A DNA stretch of 64,000 nt from assembly GCF_009914755.1 (NCBI RefSeq), contig NC_060936.1; one strand, 5' to 3'. This DNA is from the human T2T-CHM13v2.0 reference genome, Homo sapiens. Of the stretch, positions 21,442 to 38,157 are shown piece after piece. Made by a program: the position numbers and the translations under genes. The notes beneath the pieces were generated by a model that saw nothing but the letters and a program-made list of their open reading frames with translations, made no database searches and was not told where the DNA came from. Each line of letters begins with the position of its first letter. The stretch's first letter is position 1.

Positions 21442-21473
21442 GGGGCGGGGGCGGGGGCGGGGCCGGGGGCGGG
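21442..21473 (+). promoter_or_regulatory. Tandem GC boxes (Sp/KLF/EGR) and potential G-quadruplex at the B4GALNT3 core promoter
   Basis: ggggcgggggcgggggcggggccgggggcggg; CACCTG E-box at 21431. Confidence 0.75.
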
Positions 21474-21750
21474 CCAGGTTCCGCGAGCAGGAGAGCCCAG
21501 AGCCCGGAGCCCGGTCCGGGGCTGGCGGGGGCGCGGGCGGAGGCAGGCGGGCGGGCGCCGGGGAAGCCTCCTTCTGGGCAGCGAGTGAGGGCGGGCGCGC
21601 AGGGAGGGAGGGCGGCAGCGAGCCTGCGACGGGAGAGGCGTGGGGAGGAGAGCCCGGCGCGGAACACACGCGCGGAGGAGGAGCCGGGCTCGGCTCCCGG
21701 AGAGACCTGCTGGGCGCCCGCGCAGCCCGGAGACCCCTCGCGCCCGGAGC

Positions 21751-22087
<337 letters not shown>

Positions 22088-25000
22088 TAGCACCCAGGGG
22101 AGGCGAAGGGCGCGGGGGTGGGCGGCGGCGGCGGCTCCTGCGTTGGGGGGACCCGCCTCTCATCCCATCCTCAGACCCGATTTCCCACCCATTTCTCCCT
22201 CAGGTGCCCGGCGTCGCCCCGCGCGTACTCGGGGAGAGCTGCGGGCGGGGGAAGCCGCGGGGCCGAGCGCAGAATTCCCGAGCCCGGGCCTGCCCGCCGG
22301 CCACGTGGGTCCGGGACATCCTGGGGGCTCCTCGCGTCTCCCCTCGGAGAGCGACCCGGAGAGAGGCTCCCCGCCCGCCCCGCCGAGACGCTGGCGGAGA
22401 CCGGGCCCCTCCAGCCGCTCCGGGCTTGCGGTTCCCGGGGAGGAGGTCCGTGGGGTCCACGCGCGAGCTAGGGATTCGGGTGCGGGATGCCCTCGGCCGT
22501 CCACGCCCAGGCGCGCGCTCCAGTCCGCGCAGCCCAAACTTTGCCCACCGCCTTCTGTTTGGCTCACTCCGTTTCCTCTCCTGCTGCATCTTCTAGGGGG
22601 GTTCTTTTTTACCGTACCTCGGAGAGTCCCGTCTCTTCCCCGCTTCCCATACGTCGCTCCTCTCCCAGCCTCCGTCCTCGGCTCTTTGAATCTCCCACCT
22701 CCTCGCTGCGCCCTCTTTCTCCTGTTCGGGCCGCCCCTTCTGCCACTTTTCTGAACCCTGAGCAATCTACCAAACTCCCCAGTTTAAGGAGATGATGGAC
22801 AGCACAGTGGACCGGGCAGCAGGTAGATTCCTACTTCTGTTTTTAACTTAGCCAAAGCCACTTAATATTTCCGTGCCTCAGTTTCCTCCTAGGAAAACAG
22901 GAGAGCGTGGTCTCTTTGCCTTTTTACATCAATAGGTATGGCTGTGCGAGGTGGTTTTCAACGTACTGTGGATGGGCCTAACAAAGTAAAACTGACAGTG
23001 ACAGGGGCCGTAAAAGATCCTGTAATAGTTGGGAAAAGAAATGGAGAAACTCCCGTTACTACCAGGTGCCCAACGCAAGCCCGGGGAGCCGAGGTTCAAA
23101 GTTCTGGCACGTGGCCTCCCATGCCTTCACTTTCCTCCCGCTTTGGGGAAACTCGGACAGAGTGGCTGAGCAAGCAGCTGAGAAGATACTCTGACTCTGA
23201 CCTGTCGTCATGTCAGCTTCTCTACCCAGAGTTGGGTGTGGTGCTGTGCCTTCTCTTGTGGCCAAAGAGAGAGAATTACTAGGGACGGTCGCTGAGCTGG
23301 TTCAGGTTGGAAATGTGTATTTATGGCCTAACCTTTCTGTGGTGATGGAAATCATTCCGGCTGTGAGTTAGAGGAGACTGGCTCTGCCACTAACTAGCGG
23401 GGGAATCAAGGGAAAAACGACAGCTTCTCAGGTGAAAATGAGGCCTTTGGTCCAAATGATCTCCAAGGTGTCTTTCAGTCTGGATACGAAGACTGATCTG
23501 CACGCAAGCGTTTCCAGGGCCAGAGAGCTCAGCACATCACCAGGAAGCCATAGCTTCCACCCCGGGGCCACAACTCCAAGCAGCAGAGCCCCTTCCTCTG
23601 ATGACCAAAATCTGCCGCCCATAGTGAATTCTTCCCTCCTCTGGGCCTTGTTCTTCCTTCTGAAAGACAGAGAGTGAATCTATTCTCCCCCGCCATGGCC
23701 ACTCAGGCCCAAATGGATGAGCTCCTTTGGAGTGTGTGTGGGTGGGGGCCTGGGAGGCGACACCTCCTCCCAGTGTAGCCATCATTTTGTTTAGCCAGTG
23801 GGATCTTGTGCACAAATTAAAAACAGAGAGAAAGGCAGTTGCTTTGTGACCTTGGAATCAGTAACCTCCCTTTCTCCCTCTCCTCACTTTTCTTTTACCT
23901 CCGGTGTGTTTTCTCCCCAAACCTGGATCTAGTTTGCCACAGTCATAATCTGACACTCTGGCCCTCGACCTCTGCCTCTGTCTCCCGTGGGCCGCCTCAT
24001 TCCGAGCCATCAATTCTTGAGTCTGTTGGGTTCCCCTCCCAGAAGAATCTTAACTCTCTGACTGGGTTTCCTTATTTTTTATTTTCTTTTCCAAACCAAT
24101 TATCCAGAAAACTCTTCCCAGCCTCTATGCCAGAATTGACTTCGTTTCCTTACTCATGGTTTTTAACAGGAGGCTAAGCTCACACACTGATGCACCTTGT
24201 TTCCTCTCTCCTCTTAGAACCCTGAAATTCATCTATTGTGCAGGGTGTCTTTTTGTCCTGCGCTGTCCCGTTATATTCTACTCTCGATTTCCCTGTGGAA
24301 TAAGATTTAGACTGGAGCTGTGGTTTCTGCCTCCTTGTCTCCCATCCTTTTTTGTTGTTAAGAAGCCCAGACATCTTGCATCAAAGTTCCCTCTTTTCCT
24401 ATAGGTTTCATTCTCAGCTCAGAGCTATTCCTCTGGAGGGAGAGCCAGGGAGGAGGCATTAGGAAAGGAGAGGTGGGAAGGGGGTTGCTAGCATTCCCAC
24501 CTCCACACTCTTGGATACCAACAGGAACCAGGGTAGTAAAACTGCACCTCCCAGGCCTGTACCTCTGGCCTCAACCACAGCAACCAGAACCAGCTTGTTG
24601 GCTCTGCTTTCCAGCAAGCCACCCTGCCTCCCCTCTCTAGCAATCCCTGCCAACTCACTCCACCACCCACCAGCTCCCTGTCATCTGGAAGGCCAGCCCC
24701 CATTACCAGGAACCTTTCATTTGCCTGTCCCTGTGTTGGATCTGGTGCTGGAAGAAGAGTATGGAGAGATGGCAGTCACAAACTCCAGGGTTACCAGTAA
24801 TGACAGGGGAGCATATTTCCTTCTTTATCTTCGTGAAATAACCCAGTAGTTTAAGATGTGGATGATGTGCAATTTGGTTCCATATGCAGAAGGAGATACA
24901 ACCACAACTGGAGTGGCTTCAGAGAAAAACAACCAAAATCCTTAACAAATAGAAAATTGACAAAAGAATTAGGACTGTTCACGCATTCATTTACACAAAT

Positions 25001-25882
25001 ATTTACTTAGCGCATACCTCGAGCCAGGCATTGTGCCAGGCCGTGTAGGTGTGATGACCAGGATGTGGTTTCTAGCATCTACAGCTTCATTTAGGAGGAA
25101 AGCTAAGGTGCCTATATCAAAATGGTTGTAATATAAAGCAGTCATTAAGTTTTGCAAACATAGGACGCATATGTTTCTGTGACACCTCTCGAAATGGGGG
25201 CACAGCTCTCCCAACTAATATTTCATGGAAATGGTGACATTTTGGGACGTTTTGAAGAGTTGGTAAGATTTTGGTGGATACAGAAAGGCTATTCGAGACA
25301 GAAAGAGTTACGTCAACAAAGACCAAGAGTCGGGGAAAGTTTATGTTTGAGAATACTGAGCAGCTGAGTTTGGTGAAACAGAGGGTATAAGAAGAATAGA
25401 GGATGATGCTGTATGTGGAAGGCTGAATAAAGACCTTAAAGAGTGGCATTTATTCAGTAGCTAGCAGAAAGCAGTTGAAAGTTTTAGAATACGGCAGCAT
25501 TGTAGAATGGGACGGGTAAGGGTAACAATACTTTTGGTGTGGCATGGTGGTTCTGGAACAGGGTCCTGACGAGTCCCCTTGTTGAGCCCAACATTAACTC
25601 TTTAGCTGCTGGGTCGTGAAGCTGTCCTGGGGAGGGGTCCGGGTGGCAGTGGGACACTCAGAGGGCCTGGGGCAGCCACTGTACTAACACATGCTTAAGG
25701 ATTTCAGTGTTTTAATAAGTGGTACGGCTATCCTGGTGTGTACTGGCTGAAAAGCAGCCCTGGGAACAAATTGTTATTGGAAGTTAAAGATTCTCCAATT
25801 AGGCAGGTTTTCACAAATTATATACCCATTTGTTCATATTGGATCAGCAAAGATTCTATCTGAAGGCAGAGTTCTGGACTAG

Positions 25883-26180
25883 AGGCCGGGGGTGGTGGCT
25901 CACACCTGTAATCCCAGCACTTTGGGAGGCCGAGGCGGGCAGATCATTTGAGGTCAGGAGTTCGAGACCAGCCTGGCCAACATGGCAAAACCCCATCTCT
26001 ACTAAAAAAGATTAAAAAAATACCCAGGCATGGTGGCGCACACCTGTAATCCCAGATACTGGGGAGGCTGAGGCAGGAGAATTGCTTAACTCAGGAGGCA
26101 GAGGTTGCAGTGAGCTGAGATTGCACCACTGTACTCCAGCCTGAGTGACAGAGCGAGACTCTACTTAAAAAAAAAAAAAA
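25883..26180 (+). mobile_element. AluS
   Basis: Alu consensus with A tail. Confidence 0.92.
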
Positions 26181-27249
26181 TGGTTTCTAGAGATGAAATA
26201 TCTCAGAGCCAAGGGATGACATTTGGGCGCAAATCCAAGACGGAAGGATGGCATGTGCTGGCTCCTTTTAGATCTCCCATTTAAGTGCCAGGATTACTTG
26301 CTGGATCCCAAAGTATTCTGAAGCTCAGGAAGCCGTTGGCTTTCGCTGCCTTACCTCTATCTGTACCACATCTCTCTGGTTGGCCTTTGTGACTTCTGGC
26401 TGACTCGAGTGGGCTGAGGGAGGCACACCCGCGGTGTGAGGCAGTGACTGCAGCTCTGGCCACCACAGCCGTTCTGATTTGGAAAGGATACAAACCCTCC
26501 AGTGAGAGAGGTAATGCAGGGCACAGCAGTAATCTGAGATGCAGGCAGGGAGAGAGGGAGAAGCAAATGAGACAGATGTGTGGGCAGAGGAGGGATAGTG
26601 TGGCATGGAGTTGAAACCCAGTGAAGCAGCAAGCACAACCGCCTCGTGTGCTCCTGTGGGCAGGGACTGTGTCTCATGCAGCTCTGGTGGGTGTGTGCCT
26701 CTCTGTCCCAGGGAACCTCCTTTTCACGTGGTTTACCTCTCGTGTAGCTCCTTTTCACGTGTCCGGTTTATCGCTCTTTATGCTGATATTCCAGTCACCA
26801 GGCTACTATGTGTGTCTTCTAATCAACTTTCAATTCTGGGCACATACTAGGCGCTCAGATAAGTACCTTCTCGTTATGAATGTGTCAGGTCTGAATTTCC
26901 AAGCACCTGATATTTTCCACTGGCAGATACTGTGTTTATCAGGGACTGATCCAAGAATAGAACCTAGGAATTCTTGTTCCCTGTACCATAATACATATAC
27001 ACAACAATAGCCTTTGAATACAAATACAGAAGATAAGCGATAAGACATCAATGGTTTTTTTTTTTTAATCATAAGCGTATTTTCTTTGGGCATTGCCTAT
27101 ACGAGGAATGCAGTTTTTGACAATAGGTGACCTTACCCATATTTAGAGTCTCTCCTTTCCCTGGTCTCTCAGTCCCTGTGCTGATGTGGCCGGCGAACCT
27201 CAGCAACACATCTGCCATCTTTACCCTGCCTACTACCCAGGGACCCTCA

Positions 27250-27683
27250 AGTTGAGGTCCCATTCCCCTGCTTGATGGTGCTGGGGCTGCCTGCCACTCC
27301 CTGTCCTGGGAGTTGAGGTCCCATTCCCCTGCTTGATGGTGCTGGGGTTGCCTGCCACTCCCTGTCCTGGGAGTTGAGGTCCCATTCCCCTGCTTGATGG
27401 TGCTGGGGCTGCCTGCCACTCCCTGTCCTGGGGGTTGAGGTCCCATTCCCCTGCTTGATGGTCCTGGGGCTGCCTGCCACACTCCCTGTTCTGGGAGTTG
27501 AGGTCCCATTCCCCTGCTTGATGGTGATGGGGTTTCCTGCCACTCCCTGTCCTGGGAGTTGAGGTCCCATTCCCCTGCTTGATGGTGCTGGGGTTGCCTG
27601 CCACTCCCTGTCCTGGGAGTTGAGGTCCCATTCCCCTGCTTGATGGTGCTGGGGCTGCCTGCCACTCCCTGTCCTGGGAGTTG
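27250..27683. repeat. Minisatellite, 7 x 61 bp
   Basis: gttgaggtcccattcccctgcttgatggtgctggggctgcctgccactccctgtcctggga at 27251, 27312, 27373, 27434 (+2 nt), 27497, 27558 and 27619. Confidence 0.97.
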
Positions 27684-28656
27684 TTCAGACGCTGTGCATG
27701 GTTATAACTGCTTTGTAGCACAAGGTCTTCTGAAAGTGCTTCCGTGCTGGCTTCTGGAGAGGCTGGTAAGTACGCTGCAGTAATTTTCCAGGCCATGGAG
27801 CCTGGGCTTGCCCTCTAGTGCTGAGCTTTGTGGAGCAGAGCAGAGCAGCCGACATAGCAGAGTTTGCTTTGGAAGGGGTCCTAGAGGCTGTTCTTGGAGT
27901 TGGCCGCTCGCTGTCTAGTTCTCCTCTGCAGCGTTCCACCAGTCTCAAAAACTACGCTTTTATTTTCCACAAGCACTTTTCGTTATATGTAAAGATTATG
28001 TGGTCTCAACTAGGCCAACCAGACATTTGGAGTTTTCAGACAATTCTTTGACCTTGTGATTCACATAATTAATAGATTTATATGTTAACCACTATACAAA
28101 AATGCGAGTGGAAGAGGTGAGAATAGTCGGATAGTGGCTCTAAAGGGCACTGGGCTGCATGTGTTGTATATTCTGAGCAAAGTGTGACAGATCTTTAAAT
28201 TTTTGCAGACTCAAGTTAACAAGTGCTACTTTGAATTTAGAAGTATCCATTGGATGAGCAAAAATGAATATTCTTTGTATTCTTGTAATATTTTAGTATA
28301 TAATTTATTTTTATGTTCAATATGTTCTTTATTTCATAACTACAAAAGGCCTGATACTGACCAACTTTTAAGAAAATAAACATGCAAATCGTCCCTGTGG
28401 TTCCTCTTTTTTTTCAAGTATATGTACGGAAAGCTTGATGAGCAGTTTTCACAAACTGAAAATACCTGTGTTGGGAGCACCACGATGAAGACACAGAGTA
28501 TTACCAGTACCCCAGTACCCCGGTGGGGGCGGTGCTATGAATCACTACCATCAGCATAGATTAGTTTAGCATATTTTAATATTTTATATAAATGGAATAA
28601 TACAGATTGTGGTTCTTTTTTTATTAGCAATTTTTTAAATTAAATTAATGAAAGTA

Positions 28657-29140
<484 letters not shown>

Positions 29141-31111
29141 TTATTATACTAGACAACAGCTGTGTACCTGGACCACATTAACCCTGCGAAAGCACTTTTT
29201 TGCCTTTAGGCACCACAGCATCACTAACAAAATAACCTAAGGCCAAGGAAGACCAGGGGCCTCAAGACTGCAGGATACATAGTAGCCTCTGGAATTCTCC
29301 AGTAGCACCCTGCCAGGGTGGAATTGAGAACTGTTGCTCATTCCTGTATGAGAACGCTCTAAACATGTTTCTTCTGGTCTTGGTCTTAGAAACGGCTGTG
29401 CTTCTCTTGAGCGGTTTGTTTTAATTTCTATTGGTCACGTAAGTTGCATAATCACTCTGATTTCTCTCGTCGTGTTGGTTACTAGGAAGCTTTAGGGTTC
29501 AGTTTTTTCTTCACCTGGAGAAAAGTGTAAAGGATTTTATGATCTGTATTTTTCTACTAATTTTATGACTGTACCTTTATTTTATCTCCCCACTCCCACA
29601 ACTAACTACTTCCAGTTTATGTCATCTTATCTTATATGGTCATTGTAAACTACTTTAGTTTTTCCTGGACCAAATCAAGGCACAAAATAAATCAACAAAA
29701 GTGCTATGGTATACATACAAATATGAAGAAGAAATGAACAATCACCTAAAATGTCACCACTCTGACCTAGACATTGTTGAAAAAATGAAGTGTAATAAGC
29801 AGTGATAAGCAGATGTTGGATTCCAGGATGCCTTAGACAAAAAGTCTGGATTTAAAAACTTAAAAAGCCAAAAAAGTATTGCCCTGACCTTTTTGGGGGT
29901 CTTTATTTAGGTACTGAAAAGTTGAATCACATCCACAAATAAATTATTACGTCTTTCCATATAAGAAGACTACCAAAAGCTTAGAATTTACTGACAGATA
30001 TTGGGGACTGAGCCACTTTTGTTGAAAACAGTGACACCATACAAGGCAAATTCAATAAAATTGGAGGCATCCTTGACACTACCGAGAGAACAGCCGAGAG
30101 ACTGGCCAGGAAGGCCAGAAACCTGGTGTGTCATGTGGGCACCCATCCCTGCAAAGGTCTCACACCAGCTCCTCACACCAGCAAGGACACCTCAACATGA
30201 AGATCTATGGCTGCTGCCAGCCTGTGGCTTTTGGATGCATAAAGTCACAAACTAATTTAGAGACCTAGCCCCTGTATTAGCAGCTGAGAATCCCTGCCCA
30301 GGGAATAGACTTCGTGTGTCTCTTCCACCCATTTCTTCTTTGAAATTGTGTTCTCGTGGTGCCTAGCAGAGGCTATGTGTGTGTCTCACTCTGCACAGCT
30401 CACATTCTGCTTTGTGGCCACACGACCCAGGAAGAGGGCCCACAAATGGACGAGAATAGAGAGAGGTGGGGGTGGAAATAGAGAAACCACATTCCAGGCC
30501 GACCAAAGACTTTATGTATAAATGCTCAGGAAATTGAACGTTGTGTATTCTGCAGTTTTTATTTATTTTGTAAACCTTGAGTGGCTGCAGAAGTGATTCA
30601 TTCTAAACTTAAAGCAGAATGTTTATGGAGCATTTACTTTTTGTGGCAGACTCTGAGTGGACTGAAAAGCATTGATAATTCCTGGAAAAACTGTGGAGTC
30701 TGAAGGCAGGGCAAGGTTCCAGTTCAAGCGCCATGACTCACCAATCGTGAGACCTTGTAGGAAGGTACTTATTCCTTTGTAAGTCTCGGGAGCCTTGTCT
30801 GGGTAGTGGAGCTATAATGCTGTTCCCGTAGAACTTTCCTTATGACTAAATGAGGTTTAGTGAGCCGAGCACATATTAGGATCTCAATGAATATTGGTTC
30901 CCATCTCTTCCCTCTCAGTCTGATAGGAATTAGAGAATGGCTGGGCAGGAGGGGACAAATAGACACATTCCTCAACTGGCCCTTTTTCCAGTGCTTCTTA
31001 AACTTCTCAGCCCATGACACAGCTGTGTCCAGTACCCCAGCATTACTATGCCATCCATATCCAGCACTTGCCACCAAATACACATTCTTCAATCACTTTT
31101 TTCCTCCATGA

Positions 31112-31531
<420 letters not shown>

Positions 31532-32273
31532 TAACTAATTTGCCTGGTTTCCTGTCTACAGGAAATCAGTTTACCTGTAACTAATTTCCTGTCCTTTTGA
31601 GGGCTTCAGTTCCATAATCTTTGGAGTGAGATGCTTCCTTGCAGGAGTAGATTTGGAAGTTGCGCACGTCACTAAGGGGTGAAAGGGACAGTCGGAAGGG
31701 AATATCTTTGACATCTGGCCCTGGTCTTTCAAGGCTCAGTCGCCTGAACCGAGAGGTGGCAGCTCTCCCAATAGTTCTGACTGCTTTTGCCTCCAAGGTC
31801 ATCTCTGACAACATGGTCTCCGTACAAGCAGTTGCCTAAAAGATTAAAGGCCTCCCTGCTGAGATCTTCTTACAAATCCTCTGATCCACTGCTTTCCACC
31901 CTGCCTGCCAAGCCCAGGTTCAAACGAATGTGTGCAGTGTGTGCTCACGCACACCTCCCTCACCAGCCAGCTGGTCCCGACTGCTCACCAGCACCTCTTA
32001 GCAAAGGTGGGCAGGAGGATGAGGACGTGGAGGATTCCCTCATGGACCAGGCACACAGCGCAATACGTACTCTCTGTCCCGGGTCTCCTTTCTTCCCATT
32101 TCAGCTGAGTAGAGGGCCTGGGAAAGGGCAGTGGAGATGGGCAGCACGTCCCAGGTGAATGACTTCCGATAGCAGAAGGCAGGGGACGTTGCACAGGCAC
32201 AGAAAATGGGTAGAGAAATGAGGGAACGAAATGGAGGGAGAGACCGCTACCCCATTTTTTCATTTTAGTGACT

Positions 32274-33290
<1,017 letters not shown>

Positions 33291-33824
33291 CTACATCATT
33301 CTTCTGCATTTAAAAAATTTAAAACAAATTTATTTAATTATCTAAAATTGTTGGTTGCAAGAGGCTGCCAATATGTTAGCATCTGCTTACTGCTCTGATT
33401 TTTACATCTTCAAATTTGGCTGCTGGAGATTCTCTTACCTTGTGGAGGGCTTTACTATGTAAATAAAACAGCAGTTTGTCATACTTCATCTAGCATTTTT
33501 AATATTTTGCTGTGGGTATTTTCCAAAAGGAAGTCCTCTGGCTTGAATTTCTAATACCTCCTCCAGCGACAGCAGGCTGTTGTTATTCGGGTGTGTGTGT
33601 CTAAGCAAAGGTGAATATTTCCATTTGAGGAATATAGCATAAGCTAAGTGGAAAGTCTGGGGAATACAAACTTTTGTAGGGAACACAAGTTCTGTAGTGC
33701 AGAGGCTTGAAGGAGATGAAGATGAAATGGTAGTTGCAACCTCATTGTGGACTCTCCTGAGGGCCAGGTTGCTGAGTTTGGACTTGGTAGGGAGCAACAT
33801 ACATTTATTTTATTGATTAACTGA

Positions 33825-34795
<971 letters not shown>

Positions 34796-36067
34796 TTTAA
34801 ATACTTACCAACCCCTTCTACATCCCAGGAACTTGTGACTGTAGGTTGATTAGGCTGTTGGAAGTTTGCAGGATGGCTAGGATGTAGTGAGGTGGTTACT
34901 GCAGTGACCGAGAGGGTGGGTGGTGAGCGCCTAGCCGGAAGGAGTGGCAGATGAAAGCTGAGACATGTCAAGGCAGGAAGTGACAGAGTTTGGCAGTAGG
35001 GTTGATGGAGAAGGTGATGGAATACCAAAGTTGTGGGTTTCATACGTGGGTCTCTGGCTGTACTCTGCCACAATCATTTAATTAAGGGTTGTCTTGTGCA
35101 TCCAGCATCTCAGAAATGGTGTCCTGAGAAAAAAATGCCTTCATTTGTCCTTGTACTTTCCTCTCTGGAGCTTGAGTACCATGGTGGTCCTACAGAAGAA
35201 TGCAAAGGGTGGGGAGGCAGACATTCATTCAGCAGGTGTTTACTGAGCACTTGTTATATGCCAGGCTATGCTCTGGGTGTTAGGGAGATCATGGGGAACA
35301 AGAAGTTGGAAGAGTTTGCCATCACAGAGCATACATTTCTGGTGAGGAAGAGACAGAGGATAATCGCGTAAACAAACAGATCGGGATTTGAGATGGTGAT
35401 GCTATTTGGGAAGAAAAAGAAGCAATAATCGCACAAAGGGACTAGCTTGGAGGATGAGGGGGCTCTCCCAGAAGTGACAGTCCTAAGACAGATAACTCAG
35501 GGCTGGAGGACATGACACCAAAAGGGTGTCAGGATTACAAAGACCTCAGGAATTTGGAGAATGGGAGCTGGGTAGAAGAGGAAAAAAATGTAGAACAGAG
35601 TCATTGCTGGTTTTCAGGATAAGCGTCTCCTTCCTAATCCATTGTCCTGAAAACAACGTCCTCCTTCACCTCACTGGCAGGAATAGAGTCAGCCTCAGAC
35701 TTGGAGTTTTCTACCAGGAGTGCTTGAGAAAGAGGTACTGGCTAAAGACTGTCTGGGCTGGGCAGAAAATGATCGTGGCTTTCTTCTTCATCACAAACCC
35801 AGATCCCAAAACCAGTATGGGGGGATGGGGGATGTCCTATTGAAAGCCAGACTGGAACTAACCCCGTCCCCTCCCTCACAACACTTTTTCCGCACGTCCA
35901 TGAGTGCACTTATCAACCTTAGCATTGGATCAGAGTTATTTTTGTCTGTTTGTCTTCCCCCATGAGATTGTAAATTTCTAGATACTGGACCTGGGCATTT
36001 CCCCCTCTTTGTGGAGAGATTTTTAACCTTTTGTGGATCACATACATCCGTAAGAATCTGATGAAGA

Positions 36068-36680
36068 GGCCAGGCACGGTGGCTCACGCCTGCAATCCAG
36101 CACTTTGGGAGACTAAGGTAGGAGGATGGCTTGAGCCCAGGAGTTTGAGACCAGCATGGGCAACATAGCGAGACCCTGTCTCTACATAAAATTTAAAAAT
36201 TAGCCCAGGCCAAGCATGGTGGCACACACCTGTAATCTCAGCATTTTGGGAGGCTGAGATGGGTGGATCACTTGAGTCCAGGAGTTCAAGATCAGCTTGG
36301 GCAACATCGTGAAACCCTGTCTACAAAAAATACAAGAATTAGCTGGAAGTGGTGGCACTACTATAGTCCCAGCTACTCGGGAGGCTCAAGATCACTTGAG
36401 CCTGGGAGGCAGAGGTTGCAGTGAGCCAAGATTGCACCACTGCACTCCAGCCTGGGTGACAGAGGGAGACCTTGTCTCAAAAAAAAAAAAAAAAAAAAAA
36501 GCCAAGTGTGGTGGTGCATGCCTGTGGTCCCAACTACTCAGGAGGCTAAGGTGGGAGGATCACTTGAGCCCAGGAGTTTGAGGCTGCAATGAGCTATGAT
36601 CTCACCGCTGTACTCCAGCCTGGGTGACAGAGTGAGATCCTATCTAAAAAGAAAGAAAAGAAGAGAAGAGAGAAAAGAAA
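36068..36680 (+). mobile_element. Nested Alu (AluJ split by a second Alu)
   Basis: Left arm, full Alu, then right arm. Confidence 0.87.
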
Positions 36681-37599
36681 AAAGGAATCTGGTGAAGAAA
36701 CGGTTACACTTTCCCCAGAAGTTTGCTCGTCTCCTGTATATTTTGCATACTATTTTGGGAGGAGGTACACAGTCCCCTGACCCCTATCCATGGATCCCTA
36801 GTTAAGAACTCTGCCTGAAGCTTTACCCAGTGCCTGGTATGTTCTTGGAGTCTGATGACTTGGGAATATTCTCCTTATTAAATCTCCTTGCTCTAGTTGC
36901 AGGGGACAGATGTTAGGTGGGAGAAAGAGAGCCAGGAAGAACCCTGCTGCTGGGAGATGCAGAAGAGTGTTTAAATCATCCATCTGGAAGCAGCCATCCA
37001 GAGAGCAGTAGCTTCACCCTCACTTCCTGTCCCGGCAGAACCGGAGGTGGGGTCTCCTCCCTGGGCTTGGTCTTCCCTTGGGCTCTGCCGCGCCTCCTCT
37101 TCGCCCTGTGCCTGCTGTTTTCCAGTCTCATGACATCCCTCTGCTTGTCTTTCAAAACTCTGCTTATCCTTCTCTCTCATCTCTTCCCTGAAGCCTTCCT
37201 CAATTATTTTAGAACCAGCTGACTTCGTTCTTTCTGGAACTTGTGTTGCACCTAAGTTTTCTGAAACTTACAATTGATCACTGACTTTCTTTCATTCCTA
37301 CTTCATCTGGGTTGGTCTTGCGTGTCCCAGCTAGGTTGCTAGAGAAGCCAAAGATGGCTCCAGAGTATCTGGTTAGGACAGTTTGCTTCACTCTCCCCAC
37401 AGCATTGATGGAATGCTTGGAAGAGGCAGGCAGTTCCCTTAGAATCGGGTCGGCGCAGGCTTCGCTGTGCCCGTGTTTCCTCCGTATGGACATGGCCATC
37501 CTTGCTGCCTTAACTTCTGGCATTGCTGTTGTGCCCTCCAGGCCATCTGCTGCTGTCTTTGGTCCTCCATTTCTTCCTTCCTTTACCATGGCATAGTGG

Positions 37600-38157
37600 T
37601 GAGAAGCTTTGAAGTCAGACTACGTGACTTTGATCCCCGGCTCTTGTCCTTAGTCAGCTGCGCCTCAGTGAGCATATTATTGAGCCTCAATATGTCCCAG
37701 TTTCTTCTCTGTAAAATGGGACTATTAATGGTACCTGTCTCATTGTGTTTTTGTTGTGACAATTAAGTGAAATAATACAGATAAAGTACTTAGAACAGTT
37801 TCTAATACATAGTGTTTGATAAATGTTAGCTGATGGCTGGACACAGTGGCTCACATCTGTAATCGCAGTGCTTTTAGAGGTTAGAGGCTGAGGTAAGAGA
37901 ATCCCTTGAGGCCGGAAGTTTAAGACCAGCCTGGGCAACATAGCAAGACCCCCATCTCTACCAAACAATAAAATAAAATAAAGAAAAATTAGCTGGGCAT
38001 GGTGGTGTGCACCTGTAATGCTAGTTATTAATACTTGGGAGGCTGAGGCAGGTGGATCGCTTGAGCATAGGAGTTGGAGGCTGTAGTGAGCTGTGATCAC
38101 GCCACTGCACCCCAGCCTGGGTGACAGAGCAAGGCCCTGCCTCATAAATAAATAAAT
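37600..38157 (+). mobile_element. MIR (~37600-37830) followed by AluJ (37835-38157)
   Basis: MIR core cagtttcttctctgtaaaatggg...aaagtacttagaacag; Alu consensus. Confidence 0.8.

Noticed and set aside
27069-27796. Three minus-strand ORFs of 107-198 aa with repeated peptides
   Set aside because: Produced by the 61-bp VNTR; no splice or promoter support
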